DNA of 64,000 bases. Origin: Pyrinomonadaceae bacterium. GTDB lineage: Bacteria > Acidobacteriota > Blastocatellia > Pyrinomonadales > Pyrinomonadaceae. Positions 54,861-63,542 of the stretch are shown piece after piece. The notes beneath the pieces were generated by a model. The model was not told the DNA's origin. It worked only from the letters and a program-made list of their open reading frames with translations, and did no database searches. Position numbers and translations under genes: made by a program. Every line of letters begins with the position of its first letter. The first letter of the stretch is position 1. The stretch lies in contig DATNEI010000107.1 in the NCBI GenBank assembly GCA_035606795.1, positions 470 through 64,469 on the forward strand. Direction: 5' to 3'.

Positions 54861-55058
54861 TCACGCCTCCTGCGGCTCATTTCCTTGATCTTCAAACCAG
54901 CATTGCGTGCACCAGCGATGACGCGCGATGCGTTCTTCCGCGGAATAGTGCGCAGACGCAGGTAATCGCTTCACAATTTCCTGTTCTTCATCGCTGAGTT
55001 CTTTCCACGTGCGCAGGCGACCTACGCGGCAACGCGGACATTCATTTCGAGTAGTCAT
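54861..55058 (-). CDS. Small zinc-ribbon protein, translationally coupled to glnE
   Basis: 65 aa with CPRC near the N-terminus and CTQC near the C-terminus. Its ATG overlaps the glnE TGA (ATGA at 55055..55058). Confidence 0.5.
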   Translation of the reverse strand: MTTRNECPRCRVGRLRTWKELSDEEQEIVKRLPASAHYSAEERIARHRWCTQCWFEDQGNEPQEA

Positions 55059-57964
55059 TTTTCAGCGAGCCCCAAGTTAAGAATTCGATCGTAAGCAGCG
55101 CGAATGTTACTCATGCGCGATTGTAGTTCCGAAACCAGAACGTCCGCCGCTGCATAGCCGAGCCGTCGCGCGATGTCCGCCATCGTCGGATGGCCACGGG
55201 CAGGCAGCGTTGCCGATCGTCCGACAATCAAACGCATCTCATGATCTATTGAACGCAACAACCGGTATCCTTCATACAGCGCGTGAAAATCGTTTTCATC
55301 AATAGACGCTGATTCGCGCAGTCGTTTAAGCATTTTCAGAGTGGTTCGGTCTTCATCATCATCCGGTACGTTATCGCGCAGCTGCAAGTAGCGCACCGCA
55401 AAATAAACATCCAGCATGCCCCCGGCGCCATGTTTGATGTTAATCCCCGAGCCACGTCGCACAACTCGTTCTTTTTCCAGACGGGTCCGCACCCTGCGCG
55501 TCTCAGCCGCCAATTGCGCGCGATCGATTCGCTGAGCCAACTCGTGTATGGACCCACGCGCGGAGGTTTCCGTTTGTTTGCCGAAATCACGATCGCCCGC
55601 CACCGCGCACAATTTGACGTACGCCAACCATTCCCAAATACCCGCGCGCTCTTTCACATAAGCACCAAAGCCGTCCGCGCTCGAAACAATCGGTCCCTTT
55701 TGGCCATCAGGCCGCAGCCGCACGTCGACACGATACAGAGAGCCTTCCCGCGTCAGGTTCGAGAGCGCGGCAATCATCAGTTCGATCAGACGCGCGTACG
55801 CTTCTTCGCTGGTGAGCGCGGCAATCGGCGCCGCACCAGCCGGATCATAAATGGCGATGACATCAATGTCTGATCCGTAGTCCATTCCGCCGCTCGCCAA
55901 TCGTCCCAACCCAAGAATCGCCAGACGAGGCTCGCATGCCAATTCTCCGTATCTTCGCGCTAATTCTTGCTGCGCAATCACCAGAGCCGCGTCTATGCTC
56001 GCGGTCGCAAGATCAGTCAGCCGCTGGTTGACCTCTTCCAAACTGATCTGCCCTGCCGCATCAACGGCCGCGATTTCGACGAGTGCCGTCGACCAGCGAC
56101 GTCTCAGTTCGTCCAAGTGCGACTGGAAAGATTGACCGGCACTCGCGAGAGAAAATTCTGAGCGGTAATCACGATTTCGAATCGCTTCAGCCGAGACAGT
56201 AAGCGAGTGCATTAGAGCGGGCCGCGAGGCGATGAGTTCACCGAACGGTTCCGAAGCGCTGCACAGACGAATAAGCGATTCAAGTTCAGCGAGGTCGATG
56301 GAATCGGGTTCAGTTTCCTTCTCTAACACCCGCGCGATGCGCAGCGCGTACGAAAGACCTCGGCGCGAATTCAAAGACGCCTCGGCGGTTGTTCGCAGTA
56401 GCTTAGCCAGCGCTACGACACGTTCTGTCTTGCCCACTTCTGCCAGGCTCGCGGCATTCAGAAACATGACAAAAATCGACGCCGCCTTTAAGGCAGCAGC
56501 TGAATTGGGATCGATAGACTCATCGATTTGGGGCCGTCGTCTGGCGCGCGAGTCTGCGACCACGACTGAGTTGGTGTCCCCAAAAACCCGGTCGAATATG
56601 GTGCGCACGTTGGCTGCATGGCGCGTCATCGTCGCTTCGAATTGCTTCAGCGGCTGGTCTCCAGAAAAATTCATGCGGCGGGCGATCAATTCGCGCCGCG
56701 CCGGATCGAGCGGGACCGTATGCGTCTGCAGGCCATGCTCCATCTGCAGTCGATGTTCCAGCGAACGCCAAAACTGGTAAGCATCCGAGAGTTGCGAATG
56801 CTCAACCTCAGTAATCAATTCTCGATCAGCGAGTCGCGCCATGCTGATAAGCGTATGCGGAGCGCGCAGCCAGGGGTCACGGCCGCCGAAAGCAAGTTGC
56901 AGCGCCTGGACGATGAATTCAATTTCGCGAATGCCACCACGACCGAGCTTCACGTTGAAGCCTTTGTCGGGCCGCTCGCGTTGGATATCGATCTTCTGTT
57001 TGGAAAGATGAACGTTCGCCAGGGCCGCCGCGACGCTGACGTCTGGTCGATAGACGTTGTCCGAGACCGCTGCGGCAAAGCGATTGAAGAGATGGTCTGA
57101 GCCAGTTGCCGCGCGCGCCCGAATCAGCGCTTGCAGCTCCCAATCCTGCGCTTGCCTCTGGTAATACTTAACGGCTTCGTCAAACGAACTGACCAGCGCG
57201 CCTTGCCTGCCGTGCGGTCGCAGCCGGACATCAACGCGATAAGCCGCTCCTTCGCCCGTCGGCTCGCTGACCAAACGCAGAATATTTTCGGCGACTTTGA
57301 CGTAGTACTCGCGGTTAGTAATCTGTCCGCGCGCCCCGCCGGCGGAAGTTGTGCCGTCGTGCGAAAACAAAAAGATCAGGTCGATGTCTGAAGCATAATT
57401 CAACTCGCGCGAGCCGAGCTTGCCGAGCGCCACCACACAAAACTCGGTTCCGGCAATGCGCCCCTCAGCATCGATGCGCTGCGGCGAGCCGTAACGGTTG
57501 TCCAAAAGTTGGCGCGCAAGCCTGAGCGCGTTTTCCAGAATAGCGTCAGCCAGATTCGAAAGCTCATCGGTCGTTTCGGCGACCGTGTGCACACGCCGAA
57601 TGTCATAAAGATAGACACGCAGCAGTTCGCGGCGGCGAAAGCGCGCAAACATGTCGTGGGGATCGAGGGTCGAGTGCGTGAGCGCAAAGCGCGCCAGCGA
57701 CTCGCCCAGGTCCTCGCGACTGCGCACGCGCACTTCAGCTCGTTCACGTTGCAGCCAATGCAGGTAGTCCGGATTTTGTTCGAGCGTGGTCGCCAGGAGC
57801 GGACTCCACGCCGCTAACGACATCACATCGACTAGTAAGCCGGGATTCCGCTCGAACAGTTTTTCGATCGAGGAAGTGTTCTGAACAAGGCGATCATAGA
57901 GAACGCGCGGCGTATGCGATTCGGGAAGTCTTCGGAGCAGACGCTCGAGCGCCTCGGGTGGCAT
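55055..57964 (-). CDS. glnE: Bifunctional glutamine synthetase adenylyltransferase/adenylyl-removing enzyme
   Basis: Two nucleotidyltransferase modules (GKLGSRELNYASDIDLIFLF and GRLASGGMDYGSDIDVIAIY). 969 aa, adjacent to glnA. Confidence 0.9.
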   Translation of the reverse strand: MPPEALERLLRRLPESHTPRVLYDRLVQNTSSIEKLFERNPGLLVDVMSLAAWSPLLATTLEQNPDYLHWLQRERAEVRVRSREDLGESLARFALTHSTLDPHDMFARFRRRELLRVYLYDIRRVHTVAETTDELSNLADAILENALRLARQLLDNRYGSPQRIDAEGRIAGTEFCVVALGKLGSRELNYASDIDLIFLFSHDGTTSAGGARGQITNREYYVKVAENILRLVSEPTGEGAAYRVDVRLRPHGRQGALVSSFDEAVKYYQRQAQDWELQALIRARAATGSDHLFNRFAAAVSDNVYRPDVSVAAALANVHLSKQKIDIQRERPDKGFNVKLGRGGIREIEFIVQALQLAFGGRDPWLRAPHTLISMARLADRELITEVEHSQLSDAYQFWRSLEHRLQMEHGLQTHTVPLDPARRELIARRMNFSGDQPLKQFEATMTRHAANVRTIFDRVFGDTNSVVVADSRARRRPQIDESIDPNSAAALKAASIFVMFLNAASLAEVGKTERVVALAKLLRTTAEASLNSRRGLSYALRIARVLEKETEPDSIDLAELESLIRLCSASEPFGELIASRPALMHSLTVSAEAIRNRDYRSEFSLASAGQSFQSHLDELRRRWSTALVEIAAVDAAGQISLEEVNQRLTDLATASIDAALVIAQQELARRYGELACEPRLAILGLGRLASGGMDYGSDIDVIAIYDPAGAAPIAALTSEEAYARLIELMIAALSNLTREGSLYRVDVRLRPDGQKGPIVSSADGFGAYVKERAGIWEWLAYVKLCAVAGDRDFGKQTETSARGSIHELAQRIDRAQLAAETRRVRTRLEKERVVRRGSGINIKHGAGGMLDVYFAVRYLQLRDNVPDDDEDRTTLKMLKRLRESASIDENDFHALYEGYRLLRSIDHEMRLIVGRSATLPARGHPTMADIARRLGYAAADVLVSELQSRMSNIRAAYDRILNLGLAEK

Positions 57965-58006
57965 GCGTCTATATTACGCGGCAAGCAATGACCCGAGCCA
58001 GCGAAG

Positions 58007-58102
58007 AATTAGCCGCGGATGAACGCGGATAGACGCAGATAAGAAAAAGCAATCTTTTCGTTTTTCTCATCCGCGTAAATCTGCGTTCATCCGCGGCTTA
58101 AT
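58007..58102. repeat. AATTAG-terminated palindromic element, copy 3 (glnA-glnE spacer)
   Basis: aattagccgcggatgaacgcggatagacgcagataag ... ctcatccgcgtaaatctgcgttcatccgcggcttaat. Its left arm is almost identical to that of copy 1. Confidence 0.9.
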
Positions 58103-58111
58103 GCGCGCGCT

Positions 58112-59533
58112 CTACACGTCGTAGTACATCGAAAACTCAACCGGATGCGGCCGCAAACGGAGCACCTGAATCTCGCGCTCGCGCTTATAAGAAATCCACC
58201 GGTCGATCACTTGCGGGGTGAACACGTCGCCTTTCAAGAGAAAGTCGTGGTCGTTCTCCAGCGCACTCAATGAAGCATCGAGTGACCCAGGCAGACTCGG
58301 CACATCCTTCAATTCTTCCGGCGACAGATCGTAGATGTCTTTGTCGAGCGGCGCGCCCGGATCAATCCGGTTCTGAATGCCGTCGATGCCCGCCATCAAC
58401 ATGGCTGAGAACGCGAGATATGGATTGCATGAAGGATCGGGCGGACGAAACTCGAGCCGTTTCAACTTCGGATTTGTAGAGAACATCGGAATACGAATCG
58501 CCGCAGAGCGATTACGCGCGGAATACGCGAGGTTGACCGGGGCTTCAAATCCCGGCACCAGCCGCTTGTAACTGTTCGTCGTCGGCGCCGCAAACGCGAC
58601 AATCGCCGCCGCATGTTTCAGCAGACCGCCGATGTAGTGCAAAGCTGTCTCAGACAATCCCGCGTAACCATCGCCGGCAAATAAAGGCTTGTCGCCTTTC
58701 CAAAGCGATTGGTGACAATGCATGCCGGATCCGTTGTCGCCGAAGAGAGGCTTCGGCATGAAGGTCGCAGTCTTGCCGTTCTTAAGAGCTGTGTTCTTTA
58801 CCACATGCTTGAAGATTTGCAGGTTGTCAGCCGTACCCAGCAGATTCGAAAACCGGAAATCGATTTCGCATTGACCGGCGGTGGCGACTTCGTGGTGCAA
58901 ACATTCAACGTTAATTCCGCAGTCGGCGAGTATCAGCGAAATCTCTGAGCGCAGGTCGATCAGCGTATCGATGGGCGCGCATGGTACGTAGCCTTCTTTT
59001 GGCCGAATGCGATGGCCGAGATTCGGTCCGCTTTCGTTGGCGTCGCGGCCACTATTCCAATGTCCCTCATCAGAATTGATTGCATAGCCGGAGCGTTGCG
59101 GCTCGTTTTCGAATTGGACGCTGTCGAAAACAAAGAACTCAGCTTCCGGACCAAAGTTCGCCGTGTCGGCAATGCCCGTGCTCTTCAAATAACTTTCGGC
59201 GCGTACCGCCACGCTGCGCGGATCGAACGCGTAACCCTGTCGGGAAATAGGATCGACCGCGTTACAGACCACACAAAGTGTGGGTTCTTGTGTAAATGGA
59301 TCCATCCAGACTTTGTAAGGATCGGGAACCAGCAACATGTCTGATTCGTGAATCGCTGCCCAGCCGCGAATCGACGAAGCGTCAAAGCCAAAACCGTCTT
59401 CGAAAGATCCTTCGTCGAGTTGGTTGATGGGAAAAGTGAGATGTTGCCAGGATCCGGGAAGATCCGTAAAGCGGGTCGAAACAAACTTCGCACCCTGTTC
59501 CGAGGCGTACTTCAACACAGATTTAGCGTTCAT
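58112..59533 (-). CDS. glnA: Glutamine synthetase type I
   Basis: [18 protein letters not shown], the [12 protein letters not shown] region, and an adenylylation-loop Tyr in [10 protein letters not shown]. Confidence 0.95.
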   Translation of the reverse strand: MNAKSVLKYASEQGAKFVSTRFTDLPGSWQHLTFPINQLDEGSFEDGFGFDASSIRGWAAIHESDMLLVPDPYKVWMDPFTQEPTLCVVCNAVDPISRQGYAFDPRSVAVRAESYLKSTGIADTANFGPEAEFFVFDSVQFENEPQRSGYAINSDEGHWNSGRDANESGPNLGHRIRPKEGYVPCAPIDTLIDLRSEISLILADCGINVECLHHEVATAGQCEIDFRFSNLLGTADNLQIFKHVVKNTALKNGKTATFMPKPLFGDNGSGMHCHQSLWKGDKPLFAGDGYAGLSETALHYIGGLLKHAAAIVAFAAPTTNSYKRLVPGFEAPVNLAYSARNRSAAIRIPMFSTNPKLKRLEFRPPDPSCNPYLAFSAMLMAGIDGIQNRIDPGAPLDKDIYDLSPEELKDVPSLPGSLDASLSALENDHDFLLKGDVFTPQVIDRWISYKREREIQVLRLRPHPVEFSMYYDV

Positions 59534-59669
59534 TTAATCTCCTATCGAAAAAAAAGTGAGTGATGTTGCTGACCTTCGCCCCGAAGCGTCGATTTGGTGC
59601 GAAGACTTTGCTGGAATGAGCCGTGTAGGGCGCGCGAAACGTCATCAACCGCGCAACTAAAAAACGTGC

Positions 59670-59697
59670 ATTATAGCCGCGGATTGGTTTCTGTCAA
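59670..59697 (-). promoter_or_regulatory. Consensus sigma70 promoter upstream of glnA (TTGACA-16-TATAAT)
   Basis: The plus strand reads attata (59670..59675) and tgtcaa (59692..59697). This predicts a leader of about 130 nt ending in RBS aggaga. Confidence 0.55.
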
Positions 59698-59899
59698 GAT
59701 ATTGTTTTTCGCCGGCGGTCTTGAGTATTACGCGTCGTGGGATGGGTAATATCGTGATGCGATTTGCCTACTGGGGCGCGCACTCCACGTTGTTAATGCC
59801 AGGCGTGTTTCGAAACGCTTCCTCACAGCATGACTGCAAGGAACGCGAGTAATCTGCGTCGCTGCATCCTGTCTCTGATTGAGGTGTTCCTTCGCACAC

Positions 59900-60004
59900 C
59901 TATCTGCATATTGCTGCACACGCCAAGGCGCAACCGGATACGGGACGTGAAACACCCAATATGGCAAGCACCAATAGCGATGAAATCATTATCTTACTTT
60001 TCAT
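59900..60004 (-). CDS. 34-aa Cys-rich lipoprotein-like peptide (below the ORF-track size cutoff)
   Basis: Own translation: MKSKIMISSLLVLAILGVSRPVSGCALACAAICR. AGGAG lies 5 nt upstream of the ATG. VSGC fits a lipobox. Confidence 0.4.
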   Translation of the reverse strand: MKSKIMISSLLVLAILGVSRPVSGCALACAAICR

Positions 60005-60015
60005 GGGAGCTCCTG

Positions 60016-60049
60016 TACAGACTGGTAGTGTCTGAATGTTGTGTTGCCG
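60016..60049. repeat. Left target-site duplication (TACAGACT, 60016..60023) plus left terminal inverted repeat (60024..60049)
   Basis: ggtagtgtctgaatgttgtgttgccg is the exact reverse complement of 63543..63568. Confidence 0.95.
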
Positions 60050-60086
60050 AACGGTTGGTTAATAGTGTGAGCCGCAATCCCTTTAT

Positions 60087-60788
60087 CTAATCGTCATCAA
60101 TATAACGCAGGAGTAATTCGCCCAACGGGGTAGGATCGTAAGGGATTCCACTATGCATTGTATTGAACTGGAGGAGACCCTCATCTATAACCGTCTTCAA
60201 GTACCGTTCACGCAGAAGTTCCCGCGTGTAATCAGCCGGCTTTGATTCGTCGATCATGCGCTCACCTTCGAATCGCACTCGCCGTTCCGCAAGAATACTT
60301 TTATGTTTTTCTGCAAACTCCTGCCGCTCATTTTCTGTTCGTAGGGACTCATACTTTAGAACAATGATCTCCGCATCATTTAGACCGTCCAGAAGTTCTA
60401 ATAACTCTTTCTGCCCAATCTCGTCTACCTCCGATTCGGTCAGCGTATTTTTTAACAAGGAGGCTAGGTATTTCCGGCGTTCAGGAGAAATTGACCGCGA
60501 TGCTTGATGTAAGGCGTTCTCAAGAAGATTAGTGAATGCCTCGCCGCGCATTTTCTGGCGAAGTACATCTTCTTCGATGTATTTCACTTTGTCCCCCAGG
60601 ACTCTTAGGAAAGCTATTACGCGATCCTGCTTTTGATCGGGAATTGTGACGGTAAGAAGCTCCGCAAGCATTGGGCCAACAACCGGGGCAGTCCCTGCCA
60701 CCGCTCGAAGGAAAATAGCGACTCTATCCGTTCGTTCAGTATCGAGTGAGATTTGGTCGGAGCGCAGGATGCTTAGTTTATCCGTCAT
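60087..60788 (-). CDS. Passenger ORF, helical hypothetical protein (faint Abi-alpha-like N-terminal pattern)
   Basis: 233 aa, e.g. VVGPMLAELLTVTIPDQKQDRVIAFLRVLGDKVKYIEE. No firm family assignment. Confidence 0.4.
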   Translation of the reverse strand: MTDKLSILRSDQISLDTERTDRVAIFLRAVAGTAPVVGPMLAELLTVTIPDQKQDRVIAFLRVLGDKVKYIEEDVLRQKMRGEAFTNLLENALHQASRSISPERRKYLASLLKNTLTESEVDEIGQKELLELLDGLNDAEIIVLKYESLRTENERQEFAEKHKSILAERRVRFEGERMIDESKPADYTRELLRERYLKTVIDEGLLQFNTMHSGIPYDPTPLGELLLRYIDDD

Positions 60789-60833
60789 GGTTTTGCCTTA
60801 TATCACCAAACCCCTTGCTTGCATAAAAGCCGA

Positions 60834-61799
60834 TTAGAATTTCGCCGCCGCTTTCAGCAAGTCTTCAATGCTCCACAAGTGCTTGACGATCCCGGCTGCC
60901 ATTGCCGGAGTAGAACCTTTCAAAGTCTTGTGCTGTCTGCAAAAGTTATAATAGGCAAAGTAAAGAGCCAGCGCCGCTTTGTGATTTTCCCACCGCTTGC
61001 TGAACGCATTAGTTAGCCGCGTGAATCTGCGGTTTTCCATTCTCACGCTCAAGTTATGTCTTTCGATATGCGACGTGCTGCACCTGTCCATATCGGGGTT
61101 TCCCATGACGGCTTCTTTTCGTGCGCCTGTGCATTCAGCGGGACTATATCTTTGTTCGTCCATAACTGGCGAGCGATAGATTTTGATTAGCTGAGCGAAG
61201 CTAACTCGCTGCATTCCGAGACTCATTATCACGGCATCGCGATAAGCCGGAAAACCATCGGTTGAAATCTGAAAACTGCCAGCGGTCGCATAAGCGATCT
61301 TGTCAGTGAACGTCACCGTATCCTCATAACTTCGATGCCCCAAGTGCCACGCGAGAATCAGTTTTGAATTGCTCTCAATCGCGGTGAACGTCCAAGCATC
61401 GCCGATCTCGTCAGACTCCAAACCTTTGCGAGTCTTGGTCTTTTTCTTCATTGCGATCCAAGACCAAAGCTCGTCGCATTGAACGTCAGAAACTCTCAAG
61501 CCGTGAATGCGATCCAACATGAGAGCCTCACACTTGCGGCCAGCAATGAGAAGTAACCGCATGATCGTGTTGCGGTCTACGCCCGTAAGCCTCTCAGTGC
61601 TTCGGATGCTGCAACCTTCAATCAGGCAACGAATGACAGCCAGGGCCTTATCATTCGCCAGTGACATATTGTCGAGAGGCTTAACACGCGGCTCTTGGAA
61701 AGTTTTTCCACAAGACAGACAACGAAACCGCTGATTACCTTTTCGATCCTTGCCGAATTTCTTGGAGGGTTTATCGCAGGTTGGACAATTCATAATCAC
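60834..61799 (-). CDS. IS1-family transposase (single ORF, N-terminal zinc ribbon plus DDE domain)
   Basis: CPTCDKPSKKFGKDRKGNQRFRCLSCGKTF zinc ribbon. DDE landmarks are VQCDELWSWI, ISTDGFPAYRDAV, TSHIERHNLSVRMENRRFTRLTNAFSKRWENH and YYNFCRQHKTL. Confidence 0.8.
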   Translation of the reverse strand: MIMNCPTCDKPSKKFGKDRKGNQRFRCLSCGKTFQEPRVKPLDNMSLANDKALAVIRCLIEGCSIRSTERLTGVDRNTIMRLLLIAGRKCEALMLDRIHGLRVSDVQCDELWSWIAMKKKTKTRKGLESDEIGDAWTFTAIESNSKLILAWHLGHRSYEDTVTFTDKIAYATAGSFQISTDGFPAYRDAVIMSLGMQRVSFAQLIKIYRSPVMDEQRYSPAECTGARKEAVMGNPDMDRCSTSHIERHNLSVRMENRRFTRLTNAFSKRWENHKAALALYFAYYNFCRQHKTLKGSTPAMAAGIVKHLWSIEDLLKAAAKF

Positions 61800-61860
61800 C
61801 TCTGCCGTAGCAACACCATTATGCTTAGGCAGAGGTGCAATGTCAAGGGCGAACTTAGGT

Positions 61861-62541
61861 TTATTTTTCTGGCGGAGGCGTCACCAAATCCCAGGTATTT
61901 TCCCCGATGTTTTTGAACCGCTTCTTAGGGTCTTGATGCAGGGCGGCGGCTACGCTCTGGGATGTGGCGTTCTTACCGTGTTCGGCAACTAGGCGCTCGG
62001 CTATCAGTTTCGCGTGAAGCGGTCTTTCTGCTAGCAGTATCTTCTCTGCCGCGTCCGCTTTGCTGGGGGTCTTTGCCGCCTTGGGAGCTTTCTTTTTTGA
62101 TCGCTTCTTGCCGCTCTTTGTCGGTTTCTCAGTTCGCTTTCGGAGATTAGGATTGTTCGGATACCACTCGGCCAGCGCCCACTCGTCCCCGAGTCGGATA
62201 ATGTCCCCAATATCACTCTCGCGACGCCGGAGAACCGCATAAACTGTATTGGTTTTTGCTGGAGGCAGTCCGCCCTTTTCTAATGCCTGCGTGATCTGCG
62301 GGACGCTCTGCTTGGTCTTAACCATATCCAAAAACTTCTTGGTTGCATCCGCGATGCTTAATCGCAGGAAGGCACCGACAGGAATATTGTCAGGGCTTAT
62401 CACGCCGCCGGTGCTGCCATCGCCGAGGACGCCAGCCGAGGCGAGAATGGTTTTCACGGCAGCAATGGCAGATTCGATCTGCGTCTTACGGGCCTCTAAA
62501 TCAGCCAAAACCGCGTTATAGTTAATGTTTCCAGTCGCCAT
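61861..62541 (-). CDS. Passenger ORF: tandem HARE-HTH-like winged-helix protein with a Lys-rich linker
   Basis: Two modules each end in the HARE-HTH-like pattern, RLGDEWALAEWYP and FKNIGENTWDLV. The linker is KRTEKPTKSGKKRSKKKAPKAAKTPSK. A strong RBS ggaagga lies upstream. Confidence 0.5.
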   Translation of the reverse strand: MATGNINYNAVLADLEARKTQIESAIAAVKTILASAGVLGDGSTGGVISPDNIPVGAFLRLSIADATKKFLDMVKTKQSVPQITQALEKGGLPPAKTNTVYAVLRRRESDIGDIIRLGDEWALAEWYPNNPNLRKRTEKPTKSGKKRSKKKAPKAAKTPSKADAAEKILLAERPLHAKLIAERLVAEHGKNATSQSVAAALHQDPKKRFKNIGENTWDLVTPPPEK

Positions 62542-62745
62542 GAAAATTCCTCCTTCCCCTGAGGATCAACCTATGCTATAAAGACACCGCGACGGCTTTC
62601 ACCGTCGAGGCCGGGTCATAACCCCGGCCCCGATTGGGTGCCTCGTAAATGAGGTTGCACCTCGTTTCAAATCAAAAGGGGCTTCGGCGTTCGGTTGCCG
62701 ACAGTGACTATGAACGCCGTCGCCTTTTTGATCCCCTCTTCTATA
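62542..62745 (-). ncRNA. Multi-helix structured 5' leader or independent ncRNA inside the transposon
   Basis: On the minus strand, closing helix GAGGGGATCAA/TTGATCCTC encloses a long stem (ggcgacggcgttc / gaacgccgaagcc). It also encloses hairpins gaggt-gca-acctc, cctc-atttac-gagg, ggccggg-gttatga-cccggcc and cgacgg-tgaaag-ccgtcg. A candidate promoter TTGACA-18-TATAGA lies at 62740..62769. Confidence 0.35.
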
Positions 62746-62857
62746 CACCTGCCCAATTAGTGATGTCAATCGAAAAGATCGATCTCGGCTGATCTTTTTC
62801 TGCCGCCGTTCGCCACGCGTCCGAATCGAGCCTCTGGAATCGCTGCGCTCTCGCTCT

Positions 62858-63015
62858 CTTCCGCTTTAATACCGTTCGCCGAATTATCAACGTCACATCA
62901 CGTCAGAATCCGGTGTCCTTGTAAGTCTATAAAGCCAAGCGACTTAACCTCTCTCTTTTTAGGATTATGATATGACATGATATTGATAATTCGGCGAACG
63001 GTATTAAAGCGGAAG
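62858..63015. repeat. Perfect 33-bp inverted repeat with a 92-bp spacer (MITE-like or recombination-site-like), nested in the transposon
   Basis: cttccgctttaataccgttcgccgaattatcaa (62858..62890) pairs with ttgataattcggcgaacggtattaaagcggaag (62983..63015). Confidence 0.9.
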
Positions 63016-63255
63016 TTTTTCCAAGAGATTACTAGAACCTAATTTGATTTGATTCTAGATATACAAACCTCATATTAGAATTCAATTCAATATATAAAAT
63101 ATGCCTCTAGAGAGTTGTTTTTAATTGAATAGTTATCATTCCTGAAATCTAAACAGGAATTTTCTTATTAGGAAACTCAATTTTGGATTAAATTGGGACT
63201 CTAAATCCCTAGAAAAACTTGTTTTTTAATAGAAGGTAGCGCCGGAAGAAATCTT

Positions 63256-63516
63256 CTAGGATTTTTTCCAGCGAGATTGAGCGGCTTTTTTGGCGATTTT
63301 TCTTCTTTTTTCCGCGCTGAGGTTTTTCGCTCTGGCGTGGCCGCCTTTAGAGCCTCCGCGCAGGCCAGAAGCTACCTTCTGCGCGTCTCTGCCCTTAACC
63401 GATTCGGGATCGTGCTTGGCGATGATTTGGTCGAGGATGCCGCGAGCGAACTTTAGAGGTTCGTCCTCTTCGAGTGGCTTTGTTTGTGCCATGCACCGAT
63501 CATAACATGGCGTCAA
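63256..63516 (-). CDS. Passenger ORF: small basic protein with a KGG-type C-terminal tail
   Basis: GLRGGSKGGHARAKNLSAEKRRKIAKKAAQSRWKKS. The track start is TTG at 63516; ATG at 63492 (MAQTKPLEED) is an alternative. Confidence 0.5.
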   Translation of the reverse strand: MTPCYDRCMAQTKPLEEDEPLKFARGILDQIIAKHDPESVKGRDAQKVASGLRGGSKGGHARAKNLSAEKRRKIAKKAAQSRWKKS

Positions 63517-63542
63517 GTCTTAGAGAGAAGAAACACGCGGAG

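Noticed and set aside
59534-59700. Sigma54 (GG-N10-GC) promoter upstream of glnA
   Set aside because: The only GG...GC candidate (cggctataatgca) has the wrong spacing. The same bases form a perfect sigma70 -10 box with a TTGACA 16 nt upstream.
60789-61860. Weak inverted similarity immediately flanking the transposase ORF (cccttgcttgca near 60812 versus tgcaatgtcaaggg near 61840) as the IS ends
   Set aside because: It is superseded by the perfect 26-bp IRs with an 8-bp duplication at 60024 and 63568. The inner match is short and imperfect.
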